DNA of 64,000 bases. Origin: Pseudomonadota bacterium (GTDB lineage Bacteria; Bdellovibrionota; Bdellovibrionia; Bdellovibrionales; SG-bin7). Shown here piece after piece: positions 1 through 8,733 of this stretch (the first letter of the stretch is position 1; every line of letters starts with the position of its first letter). A program made the position numbers and the translations under genes. The notes below the pieces were generated by a model. The model had not been told where the DNA came from. It was given only the letters and a program-made list of their open reading frames with translations, and searched no databases. The stretch is taken from contig JAWXAY010000080.1 of the NCBI GenBank assembly GCA_034439715.1, forward strand, positions 39,862 to 103,861, in the 5' to 3' direction.

Positions 1-951
1 ACTTCCTAAAATAACCATCAGCTTTTCACTTTGTATGGGCCGATAGCCCATCTTTGCTCTTGCTTCGCGCCAGACTCGGTCAGTAATTATTTTTTTATAT
101 AGAGAGATCGCAAGCGGTCGGGGGCAGGTCCCAATAATCTCCGCCGGATTCCAGTCTGGCATCTGTCCTAAAATAGTTGAGTCGCCCAAAACCGTTACCT
201 TTTTTTGTGAGATTTGAGCGAAGGATTTTTTGGCCTCTAAAAGAGAAGCGTGAACGGTTTTATTTAAGGTCGCCCAGGTTTTTTCAGTTGATAAAATTCG
301 TACTTGGACCAAATAAATTTGACCGTTTTTTGTTTGAGCAAACTCGAGATCGAGTGGCACGTGGCCACAAATGCTTTCAATCTCTCGAGTAAATTCAATC
401 CATTTTTTGACTCGTTCAGAGTCTATCATCGCCAAGTCAGTGTCTCTAAAAATTAACACCATTTTACTAACGCCGACTCCTCCTGTTACTGAGTCGGTTT
501 TTCCGGACTCGTCATCATAATTAATGACGTAGTAGGGGGCCCCGTTGGTCATGAGGTGGGTAGTAATAACTCCACTAACGGCAACTTGGTTTAGCATGGG
601 CTGAATCAGGACCTGATCTTTAGTATTTCGCGATGTGTAGGAGCCAATCACCTGTGCAATTGCCGAGTGAATTTGATCTGCGTTTTGAGTTTGAATATCC
701 AGACAGGACAAAAAAGCCCCAGCCATTGACTGTGATTTTGTATCTTCGCAAGCGGCACTACTACGAACGATCAATGACGGGTATCTCGAGAATTTTTCTT
801 GTATCTCTTGAACCAATCCCTCAGAGGAACTCAACCAGTTTTCGACACTAAAGTAATATAGATCGAGTATAGTAGAGCGTTTAACTTGGGGCTTTAACTG
901 CTCCAGAGTCTCTGACTTTGTGCCAAAAATAAATTTGGTATGTAATTCCAT
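1..951 (-). CDS. PEP-utilising/PPDK-like protein, putative L-glutamine kinase of phosphoramidate biosynthesis (Cj1418-like); 3' end runs off the window
   Basis: Absent from the ORF track because it has no stop in the window. Hand translation from ATG at 951: MELHTKFIFGTKSETLEQLK...LIVRSSAACED...SMAGAFLS...VLIQPML..SGV...APYYVINYDDESGKTDSVTGG...LDLEFA...GQMPDWNPAEIIG.CPRPLAISLYKKIITD. These are the ATP-grasp motifs of the PPDK family plus the MPDWNPAEIIG block I recall from Cj1418-type proteins. Confidence 0.85.
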   Translation of the reverse strand, partial: MELHTKFIFGTKSETLEQLKPQVKRSTILDLYYFSVENWLSSSEGLVQEIQEKFSRYPSLIVRSSAACEDTKSQSMAGAFLSCLDIQTQNADQIHSAIAQVIGSYTSRNTKDQVLIQPMLNQVAVSGVITTHLMTNGAPYYVINYDDESGKTDSVTGGVGVSKMVLIFRDTDLAMIDSERVKKWIEFTREIESICGHVPLDLEFAQTKNGQIYLVQVRILSTEKTWATLNKTVHASLLEAKKSFAQISQKKVTVLGDSTILGQMPDWNPAEIIGTCPRPLAISLYKKIITDRVWREARAKMGYRPIQSEKLMVILGS

Positions 952-967
952 AATATGCTAGAAATTA

Positions 968-2311
968 GTGACATTGCGCCTAAAACTCAACCTTTCTCAT
1001 CTATATTTCTATCTTAGAAGCCCAGTTAGGACGCTTTACTGGCGTGCCATAAAGTTAAAGGATCAAATTTATTGGCCCAGCGTAGAGTTAAAGAATCGAA
1101 TTTATTGGTCGCTCTACGATAGTAAACACTTGAGTGTGCTCATCGATGCCGTTAGGCGGCCTAAGATTTACCTACAAGTTGTAATAAGTTCGCTCAGGGT
1201 CATTTTTAGAGGAAAAAAACTCGTCCTTATTTATTTACTATATCGAGGACATCAGAGCTGGGTTGACGGAGTCGTCCAAAAATTGGCTAAAGATCCCAAA
1301 TTTGGAGTAATTATTTTTACTCACGATGCTGCTTTGCCCAAAAGTCAGGGTAAGAATATTAAAGTCTTTTTTTTGGATTCCTCAAAACCTTTTCGGGGAC
1401 TAAATCTCCTGCCAGCCGTATTTGCCGATTTGTATCTAACGCCAACCTCCGTCACAGGAAACAACGCGGCATTTATCTACCCCAAAGTTCATTTTTTTCA
1501 CTCTCTGGTGAGCGTTCACTTTGTTTATGAGAATGACACCTTCAGTGACTATCAGTTTATCTATTGTGCGGGCCAGCATCACATCGAAGAAATGAAAGAG
1601 TGGTTTGCAGACCGAAATCTGAAGAATAAATGTCTGATCCCCGGGGGGTACCCTAAGCTAGATTCGCTTTTGGCTAAAAGATCCCAGCTGGTGAAAACTC
1701 GGACAGACGGCATTAAGAATACTGTAATTTTTGCACCGACTCTTTTGAGTAAGAAGAGCGAAAAATTTTCGGCTCTTTTGGTCGACGGAAAGCAAATCAT
1801 TAAATTACTTTTGGAAAGTGGATATCAAGTTACGTTTAGACCGCATCCCTTAAATTTGGAGAAAACAGATCCCTATGCTTCGCTGGTAGAGGGATTAATC
1901 GAAGAATTCCAATCGCATGCTCGATTTACTTTGGACCGGTCTGTAGATTATTTTGAATCCTATGAAAATTCCGACTTGATGATTACTGATATTTCGGGAA
2001 CGGGTTTTACTTACGGTTTAGGCTTTGAAAGGCCTGTAGTGTTTGTTTCTCCCAACGAAGGTGAGCACTCACCTCAAAAAGGAGTTGAGTTTCTTTGCCG
2101 GAAAGATATCGGAAAAGTTGTTGAGGATGTTCAGTGTTTACCTAAGGTCTGCCGCGAGATTCTTGATAATTTTGAGAGTTATCAAAAAAACCTGCTGGAG
2201 TTTCGTAGCAAATTTATTTTTAATGTTGGCGAAAGTGATGATTATTTTATGAAGAATATATCGTACATAATCACCGGAAAGAAACATCCTGACTGGACAT
2301 ATATTGACTAG
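968..2311 (+). CDS. CDP-glycerol glycerophosphotransferase (TagF/TagB-like, GT-B fold) family protein
   Basis: FFHS, GGYPKLD, FAPT, FRPHP and SDLMITDISG motifs. The start codon is uncertain. Confidence 0.7.
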   Translation: MTLRLKLNLSHLYFYLRSPVRTLYWRAIKLKDQIYWPSVELKNRIYWSLYDSKHLSVLIDAVRRPKIYLQVVISSLRVIFRGKKLVLIYLLYRGHQSWVDGVVQKLAKDPKFGVIIFTHDAALPKSQGKNIKVFFLDSSKPFRGLNLLPAVFADLYLTPTSVTGNNAAFIYPKVHFFHSLVSVHFVYENDTFSDYQFIYCAGQHHIEEMKEWFADRNLKNKCLIPGGYPKLDSLLAKRSQLVKTRTDGIKNTVIFAPTLLSKKSEKFSALLVDGKQIIKLLLESGYQVTFRPHPLNLEKTDPYASLVEGLIEEFQSHARFTLDRSVDYFESYENSDLMITDISGTGFTYGLGFERPVVFVSPNEGEHSPQKGVEFLCRKDIGKVVEDVQCLPKVCREILDNFESYQKNLLEFRSKFIFNVGESDDYFMKNISYIITGKKHPDWTYID

Positions 2312-2313
2312 TC

Positions 2314-3084
2314 TTATTTTAGCTGAACCGTCCAAGAACGAGTTCGATAGGGCACTTTTACAAAATCGAAATCTTTAATTTCGTTTTCGATCATGTTCAA
2401 TATTTGTTGAAATTTCTCGGGACCAGCCTGTGCTTGGATATCGTTTACTGACCTCCATGCTCCTAGATAGCGAGGTTTTTCCATCTGAACCTCATGTTGG
2501 GATTCAATGAATAAAACATCTTTGAAGTCGCCAGTCGAAGTTAAATTGCTCTCGATGTCCTTTGTGTAGGATTTTGCGCCAGAAGAAACACGCTTTAGCT
2601 CTGGCAACATCTCATGAATTTTATCTTCAATTTTTAAATGCAGGGTACTTTTGTCTAAGTCTCTTGGGTTCCAGAGAGCAGTGAAAAATCCCTTTGGTTT
2701 TAAAATTCGTTTGAATTCTTTTAAAGCCAGAGCCGCATTTGTCCAGTGAAATGAAGAAGCCATCAAAACCCAATCTACAGAATGGTCTAATAGTCCGGTT
2801 TTTTCTCCGGTACCCTTTGACCAAATAAATTGAGAGTTTCCAGAAAACAAATATTGTCCCTCGGCTCTCATGGCATCATTGGGTTCAACCGCAAAACCTG
2901 TCAGCCCAATCTCAGACAGGTTTTCTGTTAGTTTACCGGTTCCTGCACCGACATCCGCCACAACGACACTTGTTTTATTAACGGACTGTTTTACGTATGC
3001 TTGTAAAGCCTTCAGCGTCGACAGAGAATAGCCAGTACGATGAATATACTCTTTTGCCAGCTGACTAAAATCGCCTAATTCCAT
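2314..3084 (-). CDS. Class I SAM-dependent methyltransferase, Cj1419/Cj1420-like
   Basis: DVGAGTGK motif I, MASSFHW, ALWNPRD, YLGAWRSVNDIQAQAG. The N-terminal GDFS.LAKEY..R..YS resembles the C. jejuni MeOPN-locus methyltransferases as I recall them. Confidence 0.8.
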   Translation of the reverse strand: MELGDFSQLAKEYIHRTGYSLSTLKALQAYVKQSVNKTSVVVADVGAGTGKLTENLSEIGLTGFAVEPNDAMRAEGQYLFSGNSQFIWSKGTGEKTGLLDHSVDWVLMASSFHWTNAALALKEFKRILKPKGFFTALWNPRDLDKSTLHLKIEDKIHEMLPELKRVSSGAKSYTKDIESNLTSTGDFKDVLFIESQHEVQMEKPRYLGAWRSVNDIQAQAGPEKFQQILNMIENEIKDFDFVKVPYRTRSWTVQLK

Positions 3085-3100
3085 TTGCCCTCAATACTGA

Positions 3101-3883
3101 TCATGGATGTCCCAGGTGAGAAATGAGAGGCCCCGTATTATCGAAAGATGTTAAATACTTGTTTGTTCCCAACAAGGGTGGACCATCATATACCTTTTGA
3201 TGGTTATCTATTACGATACAGCGAGAACAATAGCTATTAACGTCATCAGCGCTATGAGTGACTAAAATAATAGTAGTGCCGAGTGCATGGAGAGTCTTTA
3301 TTTTTTCAATACATTTTCTTTGAAAACCGACATCACCTACGGCCAATACTTCGTCAAAAAGCAAAATTTCAGCTTCCATGTGTACGGCAATAGAAAACCC
3401 GAGTCTTACCAACATGCCGCTTGAATATTTTTTGACTGGGAGATAAATCATTTCACCCAATTCAGAAAACTCGATTATATCATTTAAATACTGGAGTGTT
3501 TTTTTTCGACCAAAACCTAAGATGGCGGCGTTAAGAAAAATATTATTATAACCGCTCAATTCAAATTGAAATCCAGCACCCAACTCAAGCAAAGGAGCAA
3601 GAGCGCTTGAGACCTTAATATTGCCTGAGTCCGGATGGTAAATTCCGGAAATAAGTTTTAAGATTGTACTTTTTCCGGCGCCATTCCTACCCATGATTCC
3701 AACAAATTCACCTTTTGCGATATTAAAGCTTACATCTTTTAAAACAGTAAATTCATGGGTCGTACCAAAATCAAATTTGAATTTTAGTGCATTGACAAGA
3801 ATGGACTTTAAATCGGTCGGCCTGTCTTCGGAATAGCGGAATTTTTTTGACACGTTTTCTACTGAGATTACGGATTCATTCAT
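3101..3883 (-). CDS. wzt: Polysaccharide ABC transporter ATP-binding subunit
   Basis: Walker A GRNGAGKST, YSSGMLVRLGF signature, LLFDEVLAVGD Walker B; adjacent to an ABC-2 permease. Confidence 0.93.
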   Translation of the reverse strand: MNESVISVENVSKKFRYSEDRPTDLKSILVNALKFKFDFGTTHEFTVLKDVSFNIAKGEFVGIMGRNGAGKSTILKLISGIYHPDSGNIKVSSALAPLLELGAGFQFELSGYNNIFLNAAILGFGRKKTLQYLNDIIEFSELGEMIYLPVKKYSSGMLVRLGFSIAVHMEAEILLFDEVLAVGDVGFQRKCIEKIKTLHALGTTIILVTHSADDVNSYCSRCIVIDNHQKVYDGPPLLGTNKYLTSFDNTGPLISHLGHP

Positions 3884-4683
3884 ATGATTTCAGCCAACTT
3901 TCTACCCTGCCGATCAAAAAAATAAAGCCCCATAAAAAAAATGGCAAGAGTCCAAAGGCTGGCAGTAACGAAATATTCAGTTGGCGCGATCCTATTATCC
4001 ATTACCAAATCGCGAAAAATAATAAACGGCGTAGCTATAGGATTAGCAAAAACTATCCAACTTAATTTGGTGGGTATCAAGTTTTGGCTGTAGACAATGG
4101 GTGTTGCGTAAAACCAAACTTGAAGTATCAATCCGAGCAAGTGCTTTAGATCTTGAAAATGTATGAATGCCACAGAAAGAAATAAAGAAATGCCATATCC
4201 TATTAGAAAGAAACAAATTAAAGGAAATATAATTAAAATCAGACTCCAATCAAAAGTTCCGCCGGTTAAAAGATTCGAAAGCAAGATAACAGGTAGAGCT
4301 ATGAGAAAAGTAATGAAATTTGTAACGGTCACGACCAGAGGAAAAACATTTAAGGGTAGGGGAACCTTACTAATCAGACCTGAGTTAGCCCGAATTGATT
4401 CTAAACCGTCCATAATCGTTTGCGAGAAAAATGTCCAAGGCAGCACGCCGGCAATAATGAAGGCCGAGTAACGAGGAACAGAGATTTTCACGATAACCTG
4501 AAAGACAAGATAGTACATTGCCGCCGTTGCCATCGGTATTAGGAGGGACCAGGCAATTCCCAAGAAAGATTGACGATATTTCAGTTTAAGATTTCGCGAG
4601 ATTAAATTATAAACCAGAAACTTATGCTTTGCACAAAAGGCATCGGTTTTGATCCAGGGGATTAGCATTTGCGCTTGAGTCAT
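3880..4683 (-). CDS. wzm: Polysaccharide ABC transporter permease
   Basis: LKLKYRQSFLGIAWSLL.P and FYATPIVY..NP motifs; multiple hydrophobic segments; 4-bp overlap with wzt. Confidence 0.93.
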   Translation of the reverse strand: MTQAQMLIPWIKTDAFCAKHKFLVYNLISRNLKLKYRQSFLGIAWSLLIPMATAAMYYLVFQVIVKISVPRYSAFIIAGVLPWTFFSQTIMDGLESIRANSGLISKVPLPLNVFPLVVTVTNFITFLIALPVILLSNLLTGGTFDWSLILIIFPLICFFLIGYGISLFLSVAFIHFQDLKHLLGLILQVWFYATPIVYSQNLIPTKLSWIVFANPIATPFIIFRDLVMDNRIAPTEYFVTASLWTLAIFFMGLYFFDRQGRKLAEII

Positions 4684-4745
4684 CGATTCCTCGTGACCAA
4701 TTTAATAGTTGCTGAATTTTTGTTTGTCCACTACTTGGTGTAGAG

Positions 4746-6062
4746 ATGGCCACATTTTCAATCATTTTAGCGACTTTCAATTCTGAAAAATTTATCCATG
4801 AATGCATTCAAAGCATATTGAGTCAGGTTTTTACCGATTTTGAACTTTTGATTGTGGATGACGGTTCTACCGATGGCACTCCGAGGTACCTGGAAGAATT
4901 GGCCAAGAGCGATCAAAGAATTCAAGTATATCGCAATGTTAAGAACAGGGGAATGGGCTACAATTATCGCTTTCTTTTAGAAAAATGTAGCGGGGAATTG
5001 ATCGCCCAAATCGGACACGACGATTGTTGGCATCAAAACTATCTTTTGGAAGCCGCAAAATGCTTAAAAAATAGGCCAAACTTCGTAGCGTCAGTAGCAA
5101 AAACACGGCTTATAAACGATCAGGGAACGGTTATTGAAAATAAACTTTTTTTGCACGATCAGATTGAGAGTAATAATCAGCAAAAACTGGTTTTACAGCT
5201 CTATCAGGGCAATTTTATTTGCGCCAGCGCTGTTGTGTTTCAGAAAAAATTTCTCGTAGATAGCTTACCACTAGTTGATTTGGATCAATTTCAGGATTGG
5301 ATGACATGGCTTGTGTTGGCTTTAAAAGGGCCGTTCTATTTTGGCAGTGAGCAGCTGGTTTCGTATCGGGTGCACCAGAACAATCTAAGCCTCTCGGGCA
5401 GGAGTAGGGCTTTGTCGCGACTGGAGTGTAACTGGCTTCGGCCTTTGTTTTTGAAATCAAAAGAATTGTCTCAGTTTGTACTAGCTCAACCCGATCCCGA
5501 TGCTTTTTTATTTAGTCTTTTTGCACAAGTCGACAAAAGTATAAATGTCGACAGAGTCGAAGAGGTGACGGCGGTTTTTCAGTCCATTAAGGAGCAAGAG
5601 GTCTCACTTGGCGAATTACCATCTTACAGGGCCACTATGGGCATGTTTTATTGGTACTTTGGAGCCTTGAAAAAATCATCGCTTTATTTCACTGATGGCC
5701 AAACTTCAAACTCTTGGGTCAATTTGCTATCATCATTAAATTGGAAAACCCTGTTAGTGTTCAAAAAAGAAGCAACAGCAGAAATACCACGCTTTTTTAT
5801 TAAATTTAAAAATATTGGACCCTGTTTTTGGGTGCAAATTCGCTTGAGAAATGCACCCCTACCGATTATACCCTTCACTTTGGTTCGGAACACAAGACAC
5901 TCGTATTTGGAATCTTTAGAACGGTTTATTGCAGGGCAGCAATATTTTAATTTTGCTCGAATCGTAAAATTTTTTAAAGGGAAATTTAAGAAATGTTTGA
6001 TACCGAACGGGTTGAGAAGCTACCCAAAGAAGACAACCGACTTGGAACTTGGGAGCTGCTAA
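4746..6062 (+). CDS. GT2 family glycosyltransferase
   Basis: FSIILATFN, IVDDGSTDGT, HDDCW (DxD equivalent), QDW..W, YRVH; long C-terminal extension. Confidence 0.85.
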   Translation: MATFSIILATFNSEKFIHECIQSILSQVFTDFELLIVDDGSTDGTPRYLEELAKSDQRIQVYRNVKNRGMGYNYRFLLEKCSGELIAQIGHDDCWHQNYLLEAAKCLKNRPNFVASVAKTRLINDQGTVIENKLFLHDQIESNNQQKLVLQLYQGNFICASAVVFQKKFLVDSLPLVDLDQFQDWMTWLVLALKGPFYFGSEQLVSYRVHQNNLSLSGRSRALSRLECNWLRPLFLKSKELSQFVLAQPDPDAFLFSLFAQVDKSINVDRVEEVTAVFQSIKEQEVSLGELPSYRATMGMFYWYFGALKKSSLYFTDGQTSNSWVNLLSSLNWKTLLVFKKEATAEIPRFFIKFKNIGPCFWVQIRLRNAPLPIIPFTLVRNTRHSYLESLERFIAGQQYFNFARIVKFFKGKFKKCLIPNGLRSYPKKTTDLELGSC

Positions 6063-6445
6063 AGTTTGTTAGCAAAGGCGATGACCGGGGCGAGCTTGTT
6101 GCCATTCAGAATAGTTCTGAGATCCCGTTTGATATCAAGAGAGTCTATTATTTAGTTAACACTAAGGCAGGCGTAATTCGTGGATTGCACGCGCATAGCA
6201 ACTTAGACCAGGTCCTAATTGCTATTTCGGGTTCTTGTCGGGTCAGCGTCGATAATTCACAAAAAAAAGAAGAATTTTTGTTGGATGACTGCCGAGTTGG
6301 TTTGAGAATTCGAAATTACGTGTGGCGAGAAATGTTTGAATTTTCCCAAAACTGTGTGCTTTTAGTATTAGCAAATAGATTTTATGATCCCAACGATTAT
6401 ATTCGAGATTATGGAATCTTTTTAAACAAAGCTCGAGGACTTTAG
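5993..6445 (+). CDS. fdtA: dTDP-4-keto-6-deoxyhexose 3,4-ketoisomerase (FdtA/QdtA cupin family)
   Basis: DDRGEL, IPFDIKRVYY, RGLHAH, DYIRDY motifs. The C4 stereochemistry (FdtA vs QdtA) cannot be resolved from sequence here. Confidence 0.85.
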   Translation: MFDTERVEKLPKEDNRLGTWELLKFVSKGDDRGELVAIQNSSEIPFDIKRVYYLVNTKAGVIRGLHAHSNLDQVLIAISGSCRVSVDNSQKKEEFLLDDCRVGLRIRNYVWREMFEFSQNCVLLVLANRFYDPNDYIRDYGIFLNKARGL

Positions 6446-6453
6446 TTTGATGT

Positions 6454-7554
6454 ATGGAAATTAACTTCCCGTTTGTGGACTTAGCTCTAGTGCACGGTGA
6501 TTTGCGGCCGCAAATCCTCAAGACGTTGAGTGACGTCTATGAGCGACGCGTTTACATTTGTGGATCTGAACTTGAGCAATTTGAAATCGAGTGGGCAAAG
6601 TATTGCGGAGTCAAATATGCCATTGGGGTTTCTAATGGTTTAGACGCGCTCGCATTAATATTAAAAGCACTTGAGATTGGACCTGGCGATGAAGTAATTC
6701 TGCCCGCCAATACTTTTATCGCCACGGCCCTCGCAGTTTCACAGGTAGGCGCCACGCCAGTACTTGTGGATGTGGACGAGGCGAGCTTTAACTTGTCCTT
6801 ATCCGAAGTAGAAAAAAGTATTACTAAAAAAACTAAGGCTATCATTCCCGTGCATCTCTATGGCCGATTAGCAGATATGAAAGGTCTTGTTGAAATTTCG
6901 AACCTAAATAAAATTTGGTTAATCGAAGACGCGGCTCAAGCGCATGGTGCCGAAGTCGACAAAATTAGGGCGGGAGCCTTTGGCATTGCAGGGGCGTTTT
7001 CGTTTTATCCCGGTAAAAATTTGGGGGCTTTAGGTGACGGAGGTGGTGTCGTTACCAACGATGAAGCTCTAGCAAAAAAGATTAGAAAACTGAGAAATTA
7101 TGGCTCTGAGACTAAATATTACCATGACCTAAAAGGGAGTAATGCGCGACTTGATGAGATCCAAGCCGCAGTGCTGAGAGTAAAATTAAATTATTTAGAA
7201 AGCTGGAATAGCTTACGCCGTGAGATGGCTAGTGTTTATCAACAGGCGCTGGCAGATACGCCGTTGGTATTGCCACTAGCTAGTAAAGCCAATGAAAACG
7301 TTTGGCACCTCTATGTTGTTAAAACAAAAAATCGCAAAGAAGTTCAAGAAACTCTCTTAGAGAGTGGCATTCAATCGTCTATCCATTACCCAGTGCCTAT
7401 TCATCTTCAGAGGGCATTTTCAGACTTAAATAAAGGACTAGGCAGTTTTCCGGTGTCGGAGAGGTTGGCAAATGAAATTCTCAGTTTGCCATTTTGGATA
7501 GGTCTGAATGTAAGTAATTGTGCAAAGGCTATTAAAAAATCTTTGAAATATTAG
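6454..7554 (+). CDS. fdtB: DegT/DnrJ family sugar aminotransferase (FdtB/QdtB-like)
   Basis: IEDAAQAHGA, FSFYPGKNLGALGDGG (PLP Lys), NARLDEIQAA; follows fdtA. Confidence 0.85.
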   Translation: MEINFPFVDLALVHGDLRPQILKTLSDVYERRVYICGSELEQFEIEWAKYCGVKYAIGVSNGLDALALILKALEIGPGDEVILPANTFIATALAVSQVGATPVLVDVDEASFNLSLSEVEKSITKKTKAIIPVHLYGRLADMKGLVEISNLNKIWLIEDAAQAHGAEVDKIRAGAFGIAGAFSFYPGKNLGALGDGGGVVTNDEALAKKIRKLRNYGSETKYYHDLKGSNARLDEIQAAVLRVKLNYLESWNSLRREMASVYQQALADTPLVLPLASKANENVWHLYVVKTKNRKEVQETLLESGIQSSIHYPVPIHLQRAFSDLNKGLGSFPVSERLANEILSLPFWIGLNVSNCAKAIKKSLKY

Positions 7555-7565
7555 GGAGTGTTCGC

Positions 7566-8087
7566 TTGGCAGATATTGAAAATACGAGTTCGGTTCCCAC
7601 ATTTTTCTCGCATCCTCAAGCCTTGATTGAAGAGGGCGCACGCATTGGTGCTGGAACCAGAGTGTGGGCCTTTTCTCACATACTTTCGAAAGTTACGATC
7701 GGTAGAGATTGTAATATCTGTGATCACACCTTTGTTGAAAGCGGCGTAGTGATAGGTGATAGAGTGACAGTCAAGTGTGGCGTATACATTTGGCAGGGAG
7801 TTACTCTAGAAAACGATGTTTTCATTGGCCCAAACGCCACCTTTACTAACGATGAGTTTCCTAGAAGTAAAAAATATCCCACTGAGTTTTCAAAAACCCT
7901 GGTTAAAAATGGCGCGAGTATCGGCGCCAATGCTACATTACTGCCGGGAATAACTATCGGCGAGTTTGCCATGATCGGAGCGGGGTCTGTGGTAACAAAG
8001 GATGTTCCTGCCTACGCAGTGGTTTGTGGTAATCCGGCTAAATTGATTCGCTACTCTCAATGCCCTTCGAATTCGCAGAATGCATGA
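7566..8087 (+). CDS. Hexapeptide-repeat N-acyltransferase (WxcM/QdtC-like)
   Basis: IGAGTRVWAFSHI, CNICDH, FIGPNATFTND..PRSK, left-handed beta-helix repeats, GNPAK. Confidence 0.88.
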   Translation: MADIENTSSVPTFFSHPQALIEEGARIGAGTRVWAFSHILSKVTIGRDCNICDHTFVESGVVIGDRVTVKCGVYIWQGVTLENDVFIGPNATFTNDEFPRSKKYPTEFSKTLVKNGASIGANATLLPGITIGEFAMIGAGSVVTKDVPAYAVVCGNPAKLIRYSQCPSNSQNA

Positions 8088-8611
8088 TATTTATATCCGG
8101 CCTTTTTGAGTTTTTCTCCGCCTTTTAGCTCGGGGAGGTCAACCAGGAAACAAATCTCAACAATCTCTGCTCCCAACTTTTCAATTAAAGAAATTGCACC
8201 CAATGCTGTTCCGCCAGTGGCCAAAAGATCGTCAATCAGTAAAACTTTTTGACCTTTTTGAATAGCGTCTTTTTGGATCTCGATAGTATCTGAGCCGTAT
8301 TCCAAGTCGTAGTTATGAGAAACAATGTCCCCAGGGAGCTTGCCTTTTTTTCTGACGGGCACGAATCCCTTGTTCATAGCATAGGCGAAGGCAGAGCCTA
8401 TTATAAACCCTCGGGCTTCAATTCCGGCTACGATGTCAAATTCGTAGGAGCTGTAGCGGTCCTTCATTTTATCAATAGAATACCTTAATCCCTTGGCATT
8501 TCCTATGAGCGTAGAAATATCCCGAAAAAGAATTCCTTTTTTGGGATGGTCAGGAATGGTGCGAATCATTGACTTAATTATTGAATCAGTAGGCATTTTA
8601 ATGTCTCCCAT
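8057..8611 (-). CDS. apt: Adenine phosphoribosyltransferase
   Basis: IPDHPKKGILFRDI, GIEARGF, RKKGKLPG, LEYG, LLIDDLLATGGT. Confidence 0.96.
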   Translation of the reverse strand: MGDIKMPTDSIIKSMIRTIPDHPKKGILFRDISTLIGNAKGLRYSIDKMKDRYSSYEFDIVAGIEARGFIIGSAFAYAMNKGFVPVRKKGKLPGDIVSHNYDLEYGSDTIEIQKDAIQKGQKVLLIDDLLATGGTALGAISLIEKLGAEIVEICFLVDLPELKGGEKLKKAGYKYHAFCEFEGH

Positions 8612-8685
8612 TTAAAACGAAGTCTGAAACTTCCACTATGTGGATTAGCGGGTCAAGCTATTCTTAACAATCTCCAAGTGATCGT

Positions 8686-8719
8686 TTGACAAACACAATT
8701 GACAAACACAATTGATAAA
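8686..8719 (+). repeat. Tandem 13-bp repeat TTGACAAACACAA x2 plus partial TTGATAAA in the apt/8734 divergent intergenic region
   Basis: Copies at 8686-8698 and 8699-8711, with a partial copy at 8712-8719; each full copy begins with TTGACA. Confidence 0.8.
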
Positions 8720-8733
8720 GTTTAGAAATTCTA

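Noticed and set aside
177..851. Plus-strand ORFs 177-392 and 633-851
   Set aside because: They are antisense shadows of the minus-strand PPDK-like gene at 1-951.
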